A DNA stretch of 64,000 bases from Opitutales bacterium (GCA_965226885.1 CBDDEL010000009.1:96001-160000); one strand, 5' to 3'; numbered from the stretch's first letter, positions 53,131 through 64,000 are shown. The notes: generated from the sequence alone by a model not told the origin. Numbers and translations are program-made.

Positions 53131-55137
53131 ATGCGCCTTAAATTCACATTCATTCTTTTTGTTCTCAATCTGGTTCTGTTTGGGATTATTTACCTTTTCG
53201 AAAAAGGGCCTTCTATCGACCTGCCGGGCGTCGGTCCGGTCCTGCCTGCTGGTCTGGTTGATAACAGCGATTATCTTGAGATCGAGGGTCAAGAACTCAA
53301 TGCCAACTGGATTTTGCACAAGACCGGCGAAGATTGGCGTATTGCCAGCCCCATCGACTGGCCGGCCAATTTTTTTGCTGTCAGCCGCCTCCTCAACCAG
53401 CTCCAGTTTTTGGAAAAGGAGTCCTCTTTTACCGTCCGCGAGATTGAAAATGCCGGTCGAACCCTCGAAGATTACGGCCTGGACCAGCCTCGGGCCATCC
53501 TCACTTTGGGCCGGGGGAGAGAAAAAATCGTTCTCAAAATAGGGGAAGCCACCGGTATCGGCGACCGGATTTACATTCTCTCACCCGACCAAAGCGAAGT
53601 CTTTGTCGTCAGCCGCTCGCTCCTGCAAAGCATCTCTCTGGAATTGGACGACCTTCGGGAGTCGAAAGTCTTCCATATTCCCCTTTTCGAGGCGCGGGCT
53701 CTGCGGGTAGCGGTTAGCCCCGGCAACACCATCGTGAGGATCGAGAAGAACGATAAAAAGTGGAACTTTTTAACCCCTATCCAAACCGAGGCCGATCCGG
53801 CCCTGGTGGAGACCACGATTAGCCGGTTGTCCGCCATTCGGGTGACCGATTTTCTGCCGCCCGATCTTCGGGGGCAGGGGCTGGATGATTCCTCAATTTC
53901 CCTGCGAGTGACCATCGAGGGCAACAACCGCCGGCAAACGCTTTTGCTCGGCCATATCGTCCCGAACGACACCGGACCATCCCGCAGATTTGCCAAGTTA
54001 ACCAATAATGACACCGTTTTTTCTGTTCCAGCAGAGCCTTTTGATAATCTGCTCAGGGCGCAGGAAACTTTGCGTGAGAAAAAATTCGTGCAATTTGATC
54101 CAGCATCCCTCAATGAGATCGAAATTGCCTCGGGGCTAAAACGTGTAAATCTGCAAAAAAATGAGGCCGGCGGCTGGCAACTACCGATTAAAGACGATGC
54201 CGGGGCCTTGTACGCCTGGTCCGCCGAACCGACCCTGGTTAACGAACTGATCGGTGTTCTGCTTGAGCTGGAAGCGGTCGATTTCCCTAAAAATGCTCCG
54301 TCGGAAGCGGACCTCGAACGATTCGGAATCAATGATCCGCAACGGCGCGTGACCCTTCATGCGGATGGGGAACAGACACTCTTGCTGGGCGATCTGGACC
54401 AATCTGGGGAATTAATTTACGCCAAAATGAAGGCCAAACCATTTGTTTATCAGGTTCCGGTAGAAGTTCTGCGTTATTTGCAAGCCCGCACACTACATTT
54501 CCGATTCCGTACATTTCACAACCAACCCAAGTCTGCAATTATAGAAGAGATTGCTTTGCGAGATTTGGAATCGGGGGAAAACCTTTTTGTTTTGCACCGG
54601 CAAACGGGTGAGGACATCGGCAGAAACACAGATTTCGAAGAAAAGGGAAAAGAACCGGGATTTGCCGAAGCATTGGACCTATTAGCCGAAAACGAGCGTC
54701 GAGCGGCCCAAACGCTTTTAGAATATTCAAGCCGGTTCAAAGTAAAATCCTACCTGCGGACCGAATTTTCCGACAACTACAATCTCGGAGACAAAGTCTT
54801 GCCCTGGAAATACCTTCTCGAATCGCAAATCAGCCTGCCGGGGGGAACGGAAAGCCAGTTGCGCATCTATAAGTTTTACTTTACCGATCGCATTGGGGGG
54901 ACCACCCAGATAGGCGGGTCGCCGGAATACAATCTTATTTTTGAATTAAGCCAGGAGTTGATCGACGCTCTCTTTACCCTAGCTTTCCGCAGGGAAGAGC
55001 CCGGTTTGCAGGATGTGGCGCCTCCACCGCCGCCACAGGAACCCGCGACCATTGATGAAAACGTCGGGGGGCCGCCGCCAACTGAACCTTCGCCCGATAG
55101 TATAGAGGAGACCGATTCCAACCAGGATGAAGAATAA
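53131..55137 (+). CDS. DUF4340-domain protein
   Basis: Repeated W.I..P....A and L..(Y/F)GL..P units after an N-terminal TM; typical neighbour of GldG-like genes. Confidence 0.7.
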   Translation: MRLKFTFILFVLNLVLFGIIYLFEKGPSIDLPGVGPVLPAGLVDNSDYLEIEGQELNANWILHKTGEDWRIASPIDWPANFFAVSRLLNQLQFLEKESSFTVREIENAGRTLEDYGLDQPRAILTLGRGREKIVLKIGEATGIGDRIYILSPDQSEVFVVSRSLLQSISLELDDLRESKVFHIPLFEARALRVAVSPGNTIVRIEKNDKKWNFLTPIQTEADPALVETTISRLSAIRVTDFLPPDLRGQGLDDSSISLRVTIEGNNRRQTLLLGHIVPNDTGPSRRFAKLTNNDTVFSVPAEPFDNLLRAQETLREKKFVQFDPASLNEIEIASGLKRVNLQKNEAGGWQLPIKDDAGALYAWSAEPTLVNELIGVLLELEAVDFPKNAPSEADLERFGINDPQRRVTLHADGEQTLLLGDLDQSGELIYAKMKAKPFVYQVPVEVLRYLQARTLHFRFRTFHNQPKSAIIEEIALRDLESGENLFVLHRQTGEDIGRNTDFEEKGKEPGFAEALDLLAENERRAAQTLLEYSSRFKVKSYLRTEFSDNYNLGDKVLPWKYLLESQISLPGGTESQLRIYKFYFTDRIGGTTQIGGSPEYNLIFELSQELIDALFTLAFRREEPGLQDVAPPPPPQEPATIDENVGGPPPTEPSPDSIEETDSNQDEE

Positions 55138-55164
55138 TGCGCCTTATAGTTTTACCGCATTGGC

Positions 55165-57993
55165 ATGATCCTTAATTTAAAGCGGAAGATATCGAAGAGA
55201 AGTTTGATTTTTTACTTCGTTTGTCTTTACGGGCTAAATATTTTTTTGTTATTGCTGGCCCTGGCTCAGGCCGTTGTGAGCGGGTACTTAATAACCGGTA
55301 AGGATATTCCCATACCGAAATTTGTCCTTAAAGACCTGCAAGAAAAACTGGCCGATTACGGGCTCTATGCGGAAACGGAAAAACTGAATTTCGATCTTCT
55401 GGGCCGTGTCACCGTCCGGCGTTTAAAGATTTTCCGGGAAAGGGGCGGGGATTTGTTGGGACAATTCGATTCTTTGCAGCTTGCCCTTGATATACCCTTG
55501 CTTCTGCTCAAAAGGGTAAGCGTGGATTCTCTCGTTTTTCAAAACGGGCGTCTTGTTTGCCCGGCATTTTATTCCTACAGCGGGGTCAGCGAAACTTTGG
55601 CCAACAAAATCCATGGCCGATTCTCCCGCCACGACAATAGCTGGGCCCGCCACGACAATAGCTGGGAGGTCGAGCGGTTTGACTTTCATTTTTCCAACTT
55701 GCGGACGCACGTCAGCGGAATCTGGCCACAGGCTGAATTTACCCTTCCCACGGAGCCGTTGGCGGAACCCGCATTTCGCCCTCGGCCGTTGGAGCGCTAT
55801 CTTTCCTTTTGCCGGCGGGTTATTGAGATGCAGCCCAAGATGCGGGCGGTGGAAAATCCCGTTGCCCGGATCGCGCTTTCTATTAACAAGGGCGAGCGGC
55901 CCAAGGCGCATTTAAATTTAACCGGCGATTCATTCAAAGGACCCCGGGGATGGAGAGGCGGAGCTTTCCGCATGGAGGTTTCCCGCATCGGGTTGCCTCG
56001 ATTGGCATTTACTCAACCCATTGCATGGAAAGTTCTCGATCTCAACTGGGAGAACCGGATTCGCGCCACCGATCTGGCTGTTCTCATCCACGCCAACTCT
56101 GCTCAGGAACTGATGGCTGGCCGGGTCGAGCGCACCCTTTTTTCAGCCGCCGGTTTCGCCGCCGAAGGCAATGCGGTGGAAGCTTTCAGCGGTGATGTAA
56201 AACTATCTTTTCCCCGTATTGAAGGTTCGGCCCAGGCATTGATTGAAAACCGTCCGGTTCGATTGCAGGGCGATTTTGACATTCAACTAAAAAGCGGCCG
56301 ATTGAGCCTCGATTCCGAAGCGGACCTATTCGGTGCATTAAGGAACAACCCCGCCGATCGTTGGAATGGAGCAGCCGTTCTCGACCGATTGGCACTTTCG
56401 GCTCCGCCCCGCTTGCAGGCATCCTGTATCTTCGGGCCGGACTTCAATTTTGAATCTGTCGAATTTAGCCTGGCTCTTGGACCCCTGTCCTTCGGGGGTG
56501 TGAATTTCCTTCGGTTCAAGACGCGAGGCAGGGCCGACCTCAAAATGATCCATCTAGCCGATTTTACCTTGGAAAAGCCGGGCGAAAGAGTGGACGGCTC
56601 GCTCGAAATCGATTTTCAAAAGAGTGGTTACCGCCTGCTTCTGGCCGGCCACGGCAATCCTATTCCGCTTAACCCCATTATGCCGGATTGGTGGGACAAT
56701 ATCTGGAAGAATATCAACTTTGGTGGAAATCCCCTCTCTGCCGACCTGGAAGCCAGGGCCGGTTGGAAGGGGAGCGGGTTGCAATTTTATTTCGGCGGTT
56801 ACGATGGTCGGGATGTTACTTTTCAGAATGCCGAATTTAAGGTCTTCGATCTTAAAAGCTGGGCTCTTCCCGGATTTGTGGAAATCTATGATCTCAATGC
56901 CTATCGACCGGAAGGGAGCGCCCATGGGTCCGTAAAATGGGTTTTCCTGGAAAAAGCGACAGTTGCTCAAGTATTGGACCTGAGGACCAATCTGGATATT
57001 GCGCCATTGTCCACCCTTCTGGGGCCGGATGTCTCCGCAGTGGTGGCGGATTTCGACCTAACCGAGCCTCCGGAATTGTGGTTAGCGGGAAATCTCTACT
57101 ATCCCGCGGCGCCTTGGCCAATTCGTAGAAAGATCCATTTACAGGCAGCCTCCCGAGCACCTCTTTCCTACCTGGGTTATCCTCTGGATTATCTACATTT
57201 TCAATCCGATCTGACCGATGAACGTTTTGAAATGAACCAGATCGGTTTCGGATTTGCCGGGGGGGATGGAGGGGGCCGACTTTCCTGGCAAAAAGTGGAA
57301 GCTCTAAACCAGCTGGATGTAGCCCTGTTCTTGAAAGGCGCGGATCAAAGAAAGGCATTTGAAACTTTTGGCTGGTTGCCACCCCTCAACAATCAACCCG
57401 CAAACGGCAGGAAAATATCTCGCGGGGAATCGGTAGCCAGTGGTTTTCTCGATGTGGAGTTGAAAGCCACCGGCGTGCCCGGTGACCTCTACAGCTTCAA
57501 GGGAACGGGAAATTTGCAGGTGACGCAGGCGGATTTGGGGAAGGTCCACCTATTCGGCGGTCTCTCGCGCGCCTTCTCTGGAACCGGGTTAGATTTTACC
57601 ACCTTCAAGCTCGATACGGCCGAAGGGAAGTTTATTCTGGATGAAAACATGCTCCAGTTCCCTGAAGTGAGCGTGAGCGGTCTGGGTTCCCTCATCCGGG
57701 CCAGCGGCGGAATTGTCATGCCGGAAGGCGGGCTCGATTTCAAGGTGCGGGTCCGTTTTTTCGAAAATGGGGAAAAATCCCTTTTGGCCATCCTGGGGCC
57801 CATCCTCAAACCCTTCGAAAATGCCCTCGAACTGCGCCTACGGGGCACCCTGAAGGAACCCAGGTGGCGTTTCCAGATCGACCCCCGCAATGTTTTCGGC
57901 AATCCGGTCACCCACCGGTATCCATTCAACGAGGAAAAAAAGGATGAAAGTCCCCTGCCCCCAACCAATCCACCTATGCCCGAGAGCGATTAG
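55165..57993 (+). CDS. AsmA-like C-terminal region protein (with in-frame 21-bp duplication)
   Basis: N-terminal TM, beta-rich body, C-terminal LELRLRGTLKEPRW. Confidence 0.65.
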   Translation: MILNLKRKISKRSLIFYFVCLYGLNIFLLLLALAQAVVSGYLITGKDIPIPKFVLKDLQEKLADYGLYAETEKLNFDLLGRVTVRRLKIFRERGGDLLGQFDSLQLALDIPLLLLKRVSVDSLVFQNGRLVCPAFYSYSGVSETLANKIHGRFSRHDNSWARHDNSWEVERFDFHFSNLRTHVSGIWPQAEFTLPTEPLAEPAFRPRPLERYLSFCRRVIEMQPKMRAVENPVARIALSINKGERPKAHLNLTGDSFKGPRGWRGGAFRMEVSRIGLPRLAFTQPIAWKVLDLNWENRIRATDLAVLIHANSAQELMAGRVERTLFSAAGFAAEGNAVEAFSGDVKLSFPRIEGSAQALIENRPVRLQGDFDIQLKSGRLSLDSEADLFGALRNNPADRWNGAAVLDRLALSAPPRLQASCIFGPDFNFESVEFSLALGPLSFGGVNFLRFKTRGRADLKMIHLADFTLEKPGERVDGSLEIDFQKSGYRLLLAGHGNPIPLNPIMPDWWDNIWKNINFGGNPLSADLEARAGWKGSGLQFYFGGYDGRDVTFQNAEFKVFDLKSWALPGFVEIYDLNAYRPEGSAHGSVKWVFLEKATVAQVLDLRTNLDIAPLSTLLGPDVSAVVADFDLTEPPELWLAGNLYYPAAPWPIRRKIHLQAASRAPLSYLGYPLDYLHFQSDLTDERFEMNQIGFGFAGGDGGGRLSWQKVEALNQLDVALFLKGADQRKAFETFGWLPPLNNQPANGRKISRGESVASGFLDVELKATGVPGDLYSFKGTGNLQVTQADLGKVHLFGGLSRAFSGTGLDFTTFKLDTAEGKFILDENMLQFPEVSVSGLGSLIRASGGIVMPEGGLDFKVRVRFFENGEKSLLAILGPILKPFENALELRLRGTLKEPRWRFQIDPRNVFGNPVTHRYPFNEEKKDESPLPPTNPPMPESD

Positions 57994-58023
57994 AGTGTAA
58001 TTGAAGTCGCCACTGGCGCCCGG

Positions 58024-59895
58024 CTATTTCAGCAAACCAGGCAGAGTGAGGCTCAGCGCCGGCCAATAGGTGATGAGGAGGACTCCGGGTATCCGCACCA
58101 GAAGCAGGGGAAAAACGGACCGGTAAACGTAGGGCAGCGATTTCTTGAAGCGCATGGCGGAAATAAACAGATTCATGCCCACCGGGGGGGTCAGGTAACC
58201 AAGTTCGAGATTGGCCAGGAAGATGATGCCCAGGTGAATGGGGTCGATTCCAAAGGCCAGCCCCATGGGGATTATGAGAGGCGCGACCACCACAATGGCC
58301 GAAAAAATATCCATCACGCAGCCCACCAGGAGGAGAAAAAAGTTCAGGGTGAGAAGGAAGAGCCAGCGGTTTTCAATGGTCCGGCCAACCCAGTCAACGG
58401 CTTGATCGGGCAGGCGCGCATCGATCAGGTAATTGTTGAAACCCATGGCTACCCCGAGGATGAGGAGAATCCCGCCCACCAACAGGCCGCACTCCGTAAT
58501 AACCCTTGGAGTGTCGCGCCAGAATCGCAAATCGCGGTAAATAAAAGTTTCCACAACAAAGGCATAGAGGGCGGTAACGGCGGCCGCTTCCACCGGGGTG
58601 GCAATCCCCCCGAACAACGCCGTGAGGGCGACTACCGGCAGGAGCAATTCCCATTTTGCCACCCACATGGCCCGCCCTGCCGTCTTTATATTGAATGCCG
58701 GAAGATCGTCCTTATTGACGGTTCCGATGGCTCGTCGAACGCCCCACCAGGCCGTCAGACCAAGGATGAGAAGGCCGGGCCCCAAGCCGCCCAGAAACAT
58801 TTCCTTAATTGTCACCGTAGCCCCGTTGGAAGTGGCCACCACGGCATAGAGTATGAGGGGTAGGCAGGGGGCAAACAACAGCCCCAGCGACCCCGCCGAA
58901 GTAAGCAGCCCGAGGGCGTCCTTTTCATTGTATCGGGCTGAAATGAGCACCGGCATGAGAAGCCCGCCGAGGGCCAGAATGGTCACCCCGGAAGCGCCCG
59001 TAAAAGAGGTGAAAAAAGCGCAAACCAGAGCAGTCACAATAGCAGGTCCTCCTTTGATTCGCCCCACCAAGGCTTGAAAAACTGCAATCAGACGCCGGGA
59101 CGCGCCCCCTTCGGCCAGAAAATACCCGGCCAGGGTAAACAGCGGGATGGCCGCCAGGGTCGGGTTCAAAACCATGCGGTAGTGGTCTACGGCAATGGAG
59201 GCGATGGGATTGCGGACGCCCCAAATAAGAATCAGGGCGGCGCCCCCCAAAGCGCAAAAAATGGGCGCCCCTAATATAATGGCTACCCCCAGCAGAAGGA
59301 GCAACGGCAGGACCAGGTTCCCTGGGTCCGTGGGAGGATAAATCCCGAGCCCGATAAAACCCCCGCCAATGACCAGCATGAGGAGGCCTTCCTTCCAGGA
59401 TTTGGCATTGTGGCGGAGAATTCTCCAGGCTATGACGGCAAACCCTAGAGGCATGAGCGCTTGAATGGCCCACACCGGAATCCCGTAAGCGAGTATCTTG
59501 CCCGCTTCTTTGGAAATGAGAAAATATTGGCAGCCGGCCACTGCCAGGCCTGCGCAGATGGCAATGGAAAAGGCGCCGCTAAAGACCGCGGCCCCGGTTT
59601 TCCAACGACCTTTGAGGAAAGTAGTCACGGTGGACATCGAGAGCAGGCGGTCTTCCCGCGCCGCGATGGCCGCCCCCAGCAGCGAGGAGACAAGCACCAG
59701 GTGCTGCACGATCGCGGTGACGCCGGAGATGCTTTGTTGGAAAAACTTGCGCAGAGCAATTTCCGCCAGGGGCAGCAAAACCATGCCGGCCAGGGAAAGC
59801 GTCACGAGCAGGTTTTCGAATTGATGGAAATAATTACGCCATGCCGGTCTGCCCCTTTTTTCAGCCGGTCGTTCCGCTTCGATCTCTGGATTCAT
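58024..59895 (-). CDS. Fused TRAP permease DctQM
   Basis: AIPLFTLAG, TPVEAAA, DPIHLGIIFLANLELGYLTPPVGMNLF. Confidence 0.9.
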   Translation of the reverse strand: MNPEIEAERPAEKRGRPAWRNYFHQFENLLVTLSLAGMVLLPLAEIALRKFFQQSISGVTAIVQHLVLVSSLLGAAIAAREDRLLSMSTVTTFLKGRWKTGAAVFSGAFSIAICAGLAVAGCQYFLISKEAGKILAYGIPVWAIQALMPLGFAVIAWRILRHNAKSWKEGLLMLVIGGGFIGLGIYPPTDPGNLVLPLLLLLGVAIILGAPIFCALGGAALILIWGVRNPIASIAVDHYRMVLNPTLAAIPLFTLAGYFLAEGGASRRLIAVFQALVGRIKGGPAIVTALVCAFFTSFTGASGVTILALGGLLMPVLISARYNEKDALGLLTSAGSLGLLFAPCLPLILYAVVATSNGATVTIKEMFLGGLGPGLLILGLTAWWGVRRAIGTVNKDDLPAFNIKTAGRAMWVAKWELLLPVVALTALFGGIATPVEAAAVTALYAFVVETFIYRDLRFWRDTPRVITECGLLVGGILLILGVAMGFNNYLIDARLPDQAVDWVGRTIENRWLFLLTLNFFLLLVGCVMDIFSAIVVVAPLIIPMGLAFGIDPIHLGIIFLANLELGYLTPPVGMNLFISAMRFKKSLPYVYRSVFPLLLVRIPGVLLITYWPALSLTLPGLLK

Positions 59896-59910
59896 CGGTG
59901 GTAGGAATGC

Positions 59911-60933
59911 TTAATGGCCTTTTCGGTATTCGTCCAATTGCCCGCGGACTTCATCGAATATATCGGCCGGAACAATTTTGGTGCGGACAAAATCGTGAAC
60001 TTTCTCCGCTTCCCGTCTCCATATTGCCTCAGTAGCGGGGTTTACTTTTTGAACTTTCAACCCCCATTTTTCTGCCATTGTCCTTACGGACTCCTCGTTT
60101 TCCCGTCGTCCTGTGGCCTTGATCTCGTCGCCCGCAATCCGCGCCGACTTTATCATTTCCATGCGCACGGGAAACGGAATTTCTTCCCAGGCACTTCTCG
60201 TAATGACGAGCGCGCCCACCAGTGGAGACCAGTTGAGCTCGAGCATGTGGGGCGCCGGAGTGTAAATCTGTGCACCCAGGGCGATCATCGGCGGCACGGG
60301 AACGGCTTCGATGAGGCCGGTCTGCATGCTGGTCAGGATATCCTCCGGTTCTAGGGGGACCACTTTAAATCCGGCGGCCCGAAAGGTGTCGGCCGTACCG
60401 GTGGATCCGGCCCAGGTAAAGAGTTTGAGTTTCCGCAGGTCGTCCGGGGTGATGACCGGAGTTTTGGAAAAGAAACGCACCCAGCCCATATCGGCCCAGA
60501 AAAGGGCGATGAAGCCTTTAACCCGCAGCCGCTTTTCCAGCATGGGGCGGAGTTTTTCGCTCACATAATCGACCTCCGCCAGGTTCCTGAACATCATGGG
60601 CAAGAATTGCAGGCCGGCCACCGCCGGCTCGATCTCACTCAACCCGGTCGTTGTCAGCAAGCCGGCCTGGGTTTGTTTGATGCGCATCCGGTCCACCATG
60701 GCAGCCTCTCCTCCCTGGATAGCGCCGGGGTAAATAATCAACTCCACAGAATTGCCGGAAGCTTCCCTCCAGGCCTGCCCCATGCGTTGCAACGAGCGGT
60801 GAAAGGAGCCGCCCTTGGGCGCGATGGTGGTCAGTTTTATGATATGTTTATTCTCCGCTGCCTCCATCTTCACCCCAGCATGAATGGCCGTGAAAAAGGT
60901 GAGTAAAATGATTGCGCGGTAGACGGATCGCAT
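59911..60933 (-). CDS. TRAP substrate-binding protein DctP (TatP type)
   Basis: IKLTTIAPKG, IYPG..QGGE..MV.RMR, TPDDLRKLK, MQTGLIEA. Confidence 0.88.
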   Translation of the reverse strand: MRSVYRAIILLTFFTAIHAGVKMEAAENKHIIKLTTIAPKGGSFHRSLQRMGQAWREASGNSVELIIYPGAIQGGEAAMVDRMRIKQTQAGLLTTTGLSEIEPAVAGLQFLPMMFRNLAEVDYVSEKLRPMLEKRLRVKGFIALFWADMGWVRFFSKTPVITPDDLRKLKLFTWAGSTGTADTFRAAGFKVVPLEPEDILTSMQTGLIEAVPVPPMIALGAQIYTPAPHMLELNWSPLVGALVITRSAWEEIPFPVRMEMIKSARIAGDEIKATGRRENEESVRTMAEKWGLKVQKVNPATEAIWRREAEKVHDFVRTKIVPADIFDEVRGQLDEYRKGH

Positions 60934-60951
60934 GGTGGAGGGGGGATTTTT

Positions 60952-61899
60952 TTAGAGGAAATAGCGTTCGATTCGATCCAGGAGCCATTGCGCCCGGCGT
61001 TGAAAGATGAGATTGGACAAACGCCATTCTGGGCGAATATCTGTGTCGATGGCGAGAGCCTTGTAAAGGAGCATGCGGAATTCGGCACGATTCTGGTTGG
61101 GAATGGAGACCGCTTCGGCCAGGGCGAGATGAGGTCCCGCTTGTAGACCGCCGGACAACTCGATGGCTCGTTGATAGTGGCGCCGCGAACGAATTTCGGG
61201 CAATTCCGCATCTTTGCCGCGATTCATCTCGTAGGTGATGAGAAAAGAGTGGATGGCCCCGTAATCGTAGGATTCGTCCAATTCCAGGGCTCGGTCGATG
61301 AGGGCATCGACTATTGGAAGATCGCCGATCAAATCGGCCTCCTTGGAAATGGCTATAGCGGAGATCCAGGCCGAGGCCGTCCAATAGAGAAGGGGAACAT
61401 CCTCCATGGCCGCTTTTTGGACAATTTTTTGGGGATTCTCTCGCATCCCGGCCTGAAAACCGGGCATACTCACCTCCAGGCCCCGCAAGCCGTAGTTGCG
61501 GGCTCGCAGGTAGAGTTTTTGAGCCCGGTTGCGAAGGGCGAAAGCGACGTCCAGATCGGTGTCCTCCAGACGATCGGCCTCTTCCTGAACAAAAGCAAAT
61601 CCGTACTGGGTAAAACCGCTGGCTGTGGCGTAAAGGAGACCTTCGTGGTCGGGAACCTGCTCCAGTAGCGTTTCCATCAATTTCAGGCTGAAAGGCATGG
61701 CTGCGCCCACCAGTTCGGGATCGTCGTCCGAAGTGAAAGTCGTGCCACCGGAAGCCAGGGCGTCCCCCATTTTATTAATGGCGATTTTTTCCAGCGAAAC
61801 GCACCCTTGAGTCAAGCATACCAGCAGGGCGAGGGCGAGTCTGGCTCGAATATGATGAGACGAGGCTTCCAGGAAATTCAGACAGGCGATATTCTTCAT
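60952..61899 (-). CDS. TRAP transporter T component (TatT lipoprotein)
   Basis: Lipobox-like LTQGC; DDDPELV..AMPFSLKLME; RA.KLY.RA..YG.RGL; upstream of dctP/dctQM. Confidence 0.8.
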   Translation of the reverse strand: MKNIACLNFLEASSHHIRARLALALLVCLTQGCVSLEKIAINKMGDALASGGTTFTSDDDPELVGAAMPFSLKLMETLLEQVPDHEGLLYATASGFTQYGFAFVQEEADRLEDTDLDVAFALRNRAQKLYLRARNYGLRGLEVSMPGFQAGMRENPQKIVQKAAMEDVPLLYWTASAWISAIAISKEADLIGDLPIVDALIDRALELDESYDYGAIHSFLITYEMNRGKDAELPEIRSRRHYQRAIELSGGLQAGPHLALAEAVSIPNQNRAEFRMLLYKALAIDTDIRPEWRLSNLIFQRRAQWLLDRIERYFL

Positions 61900-61926
61900 G
61901 AATAGAGGGCCTCCTTTGCTTTCATT

Positions 61927-61942
61927 TGCAATTTCATAGCCA
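61927..61942 (-). promoter_or_regulatory. Candidate sigma-54 (-24/-12) promoter for the TPAT operon
   Basis: Minus strand TGGCTATGAAATTGCA (GG-N10-GC) followed by AAGGAGG RBS and ATG at 61899. Confidence 0.45.
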
Positions 61943-62187
61943 ATCCGTAGCAAAAAGGGAACTGGTAAATTTCTGGATTACAATTTTGATAAAAAAAGAG
62001 GCTCTTCCGGGTTTTGGGTGGGATTTTTTAAAAAGCATAGTCAATATAAGAGGCAATAAAAATCACCGTGGCTTGGCGTCCCTAAAGAAAGAGATTGAAT
62101 AATGGCTTTGATTATTTTCCAGCCATGATTTAAGTTGAAGCAATTTATTAAATTTGAAACATCGAAAAACCAAAGGAGAATCAGGGC

Positions 62188-62673
62188 TTGGACCTAAAAG
62201 AAATCAAACAGATCATCGATCTCATGAAGCGCTCGGACCTGAGCGAATTTGAAATCGAGGAAGAAGGATTTAAATTGCGCATATGCCGGGGCTCCAAGGG
62301 CGACCCACCCCAGGTTGTGACTATGGGCACGACAAGCCCGTTTCCTCCGCATGTCATGGAAGCGGTAGCGGTGCCCCAACCGCCCGCCGAATCGCAACCT
62401 ATGGAACAAAAGGTGGAAAAGATGGACGAAAATATCGACTTCATCAAATCCCCCATGGTGGGAACCTTTTACCGGTCCGCTTCTCCGGAAAGCCCACCCT
62501 TTGTCGAAAAAGGTTCCGAGGTGGAGCCGGAATCGATTGTTTGTATCATTGAGGCAATGAAAGTCATGAACGAAATCCAGGCTGATATGCCTGCCAAAAT
62601 CATAGAGATTCTTGTCGAAAACGGTCAATCGGTCGAATACGGGCAGCCCATGTTCAAGGTCGAAAAGACCTGA
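62188..62673 (+). CDS. accB: Acetyl-CoA carboxylase biotin carboxyl carrier protein
   Basis: SPMVGTFY, EAMKVMNEI. Confidence 0.95.
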   Translation: MDLKEIKQIIDLMKRSDLSEFEIEEEGFKLRICRGSKGDPPQVVTMGTTSPFPPHVMEAVAVPQPPAESQPMEQKVEKMDENIDFIKSPMVGTFYRSASPESPPFVEKGSEVEPESIVCIIEAMKVMNEIQADMPAKIIEILVENGQSVEYGQPMFKVEKT

Positions 62674-62682
62674 AAATCCTCC

Positions 62683-64000
62683 ATGTTCCAAAAAATCTTA
62701 ATTGCCAACCGGGGCGAGATTGCGCTCCGTATCATCCGCGCTTGCAAAGAGTTAGGTATAAAAACCGTTGCCGTATATTCCGAGGCCGACGAGCAATCCC
62801 TGCATGTTCAACTGGCTGACGGGGCTATCTGCATCGGCCCCGCCCCCAGCGCGGACAGCTATTTAAAAACCGATCGCATCATCAGCGCGGCGGAAATCGC
62901 CGATGTCGACGCCATTCATCCCGGATATGGATTTTTAGCCGAAAACCCCGAATTCGCGGAGCAATGCGAGGGGTGCAACATAAAATTTATCGGTCCCAAA
63001 TCGGAAACAATCCGCATGATGGGGGACAAGGCGGTCGGCCGGGAAACAGTCAAGAAAGCGCGAGTCCCCATCATCCTGGGCAGCGACGGGCCGGTCGAAA
63101 ACGACAAGGAAGCCCTCAAAATTGCCAAGAAAATCGGGTTTCCGGTTATCATCAAGGCGGTGGCGGGCGGCGGCGGCCGGGGTATGCGCCTGGCCCATAA
63201 TGCGATCACCTTCGCGCGGGAGTTTGTCAACGCCAGCAACGAGGCCGAAAAAGCCTTCGGCAACGGGGCCGTTTATGTCGAAAAATACATTGAAAACCCG
63301 CGGCATATTGAATTTCAGATCCTGGCTGATCGCTTCGGCAAAACCATTCACCTGGGGGAGCGCGATTGTTCGGTCCAAAGACGCCACCAAAAGCTGATCG
63401 AGGAAGCCCCTTCTCCCTTCCTCAGCAAAGACTTACGAAAGCGCATGGGCCGGGCGGCGGTGCGCGTGGCTCTCTCCTGCAATTATGAAAATGCCGGCAC
63501 GGTGGAGTTCCTGGTGGACAAAAACGGCAAATTCTATTTTATTGAAATGAATACGCGCATTCAGGTCGAACACGGGGTGACAGAAGAAGTCACCGGAATA
63601 GACCTTATCAACGAGCAAATACGCCTGGCCGCCGGAGAGAAGCTCGACATGGAGCAAAAAGATATTAAATATACCCGACATGCCGTCGAATGTCGTATTT
63701 GCGCCGAGGATCCGGCTCGTAATTTTGCACCCAATCCCGGCGAAATATCGCTCTATTATCCACCTGGGGGACATGGCGTGCGGGTGGATTCGCATGTTTA
63801 CGGCGGCTATACCATCCCGCCATATTACGATAGTATGATGAGCAAAGTAATCACATTCGGGAGAACCCGCGAACTAGCCTTGGATCGTATGTACAGGGCC
63901 TTGAGCGAATACATTATCCGCGGCGTCAAAACCACCATTCCCTTTTCTATGGCCGTGATCCGGGACCCCGTTTTTCGCCAGGGCGCGGCCACCACTGGTT
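62683..64000 (+). CDS. accC: Biotin carboxylase (runs off window)
   Basis: Hand translation [25 protein letters not shown]...[10 protein letters not shown]...GGGGRGMR...[12 protein letters not shown]...[10 protein letters not shown]. Confidence 0.95.
   Translation, partial: MFQKILIANRGEIALRIIRACKELGIKTVAVYSEADEQSLHVQLADGAICIGPAPSADSYLKTDRIISAAEIADVDAIHPGYGFLAENPEFAEQCEGCNIKFIGPKSETIRMMGDKAVGRETVKKARVPIILGSDGPVENDKEALKIAKKIGFPVIIKAVAGGGGRGMRLAHNAITFAREFVNASNEAEKAFGNGAVYVEKYIENPRHIEFQILADRFGKTIHLGERDCSVQRRHQKLIEEAPSPFLSKDLRKRMGRAAVRVALSCNYENAGTVEFLVDKNGKFYFIEMNTRIQVEHGVTEEVTGIDLINEQIRLAAGEKLDMEQKDIKYTRHAVECRICAEDPARNFAPNPGEISLYYPPGGHGVRVDSHVYGGYTIPPYYDSMMSKVITFGRTRELALDRMYRALSEYIIRGVKTTIPFSMAVIRDPVFRQGAATTG

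Overview
Chromosomal segment that looks like Verrucomicrobiota/Opitutia (inferred from the nadC-birA-coaX-ABC/GldG-DUF4340-AsmA gene order and the ACP sequence). Core genes (hemJ, split transketolase, fabG-acpP-fabF, lpdA-sucB, nadC-birA-coaX, TPAT-type TRAP transporter, accB-accC, three tRNAs) are interleaved with nine IS elements of five types: four copies of an 1817-bp IS5/ISNCY-like element, two IS1, one IS3, one IS1380 and one IS630. There is also a secreted glycoside-hydrolase-like cluster (6.1-16.3 kb), a low-GC glycosylation cassette and a decayed island at tRNA-Thr. The most unusual signal is at least 16 perfect, two-copy tandem duplications of 6-24 bp scattered through the window. 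Most have no junction microhomology, four are exactly 21 bp, each IS copy has its own, and some frameshift genes. This is either an unusual break-repair/mutational process or an assembly artefact; raw reads would decide. No CRISPR array, prophage or rRNA was seen.
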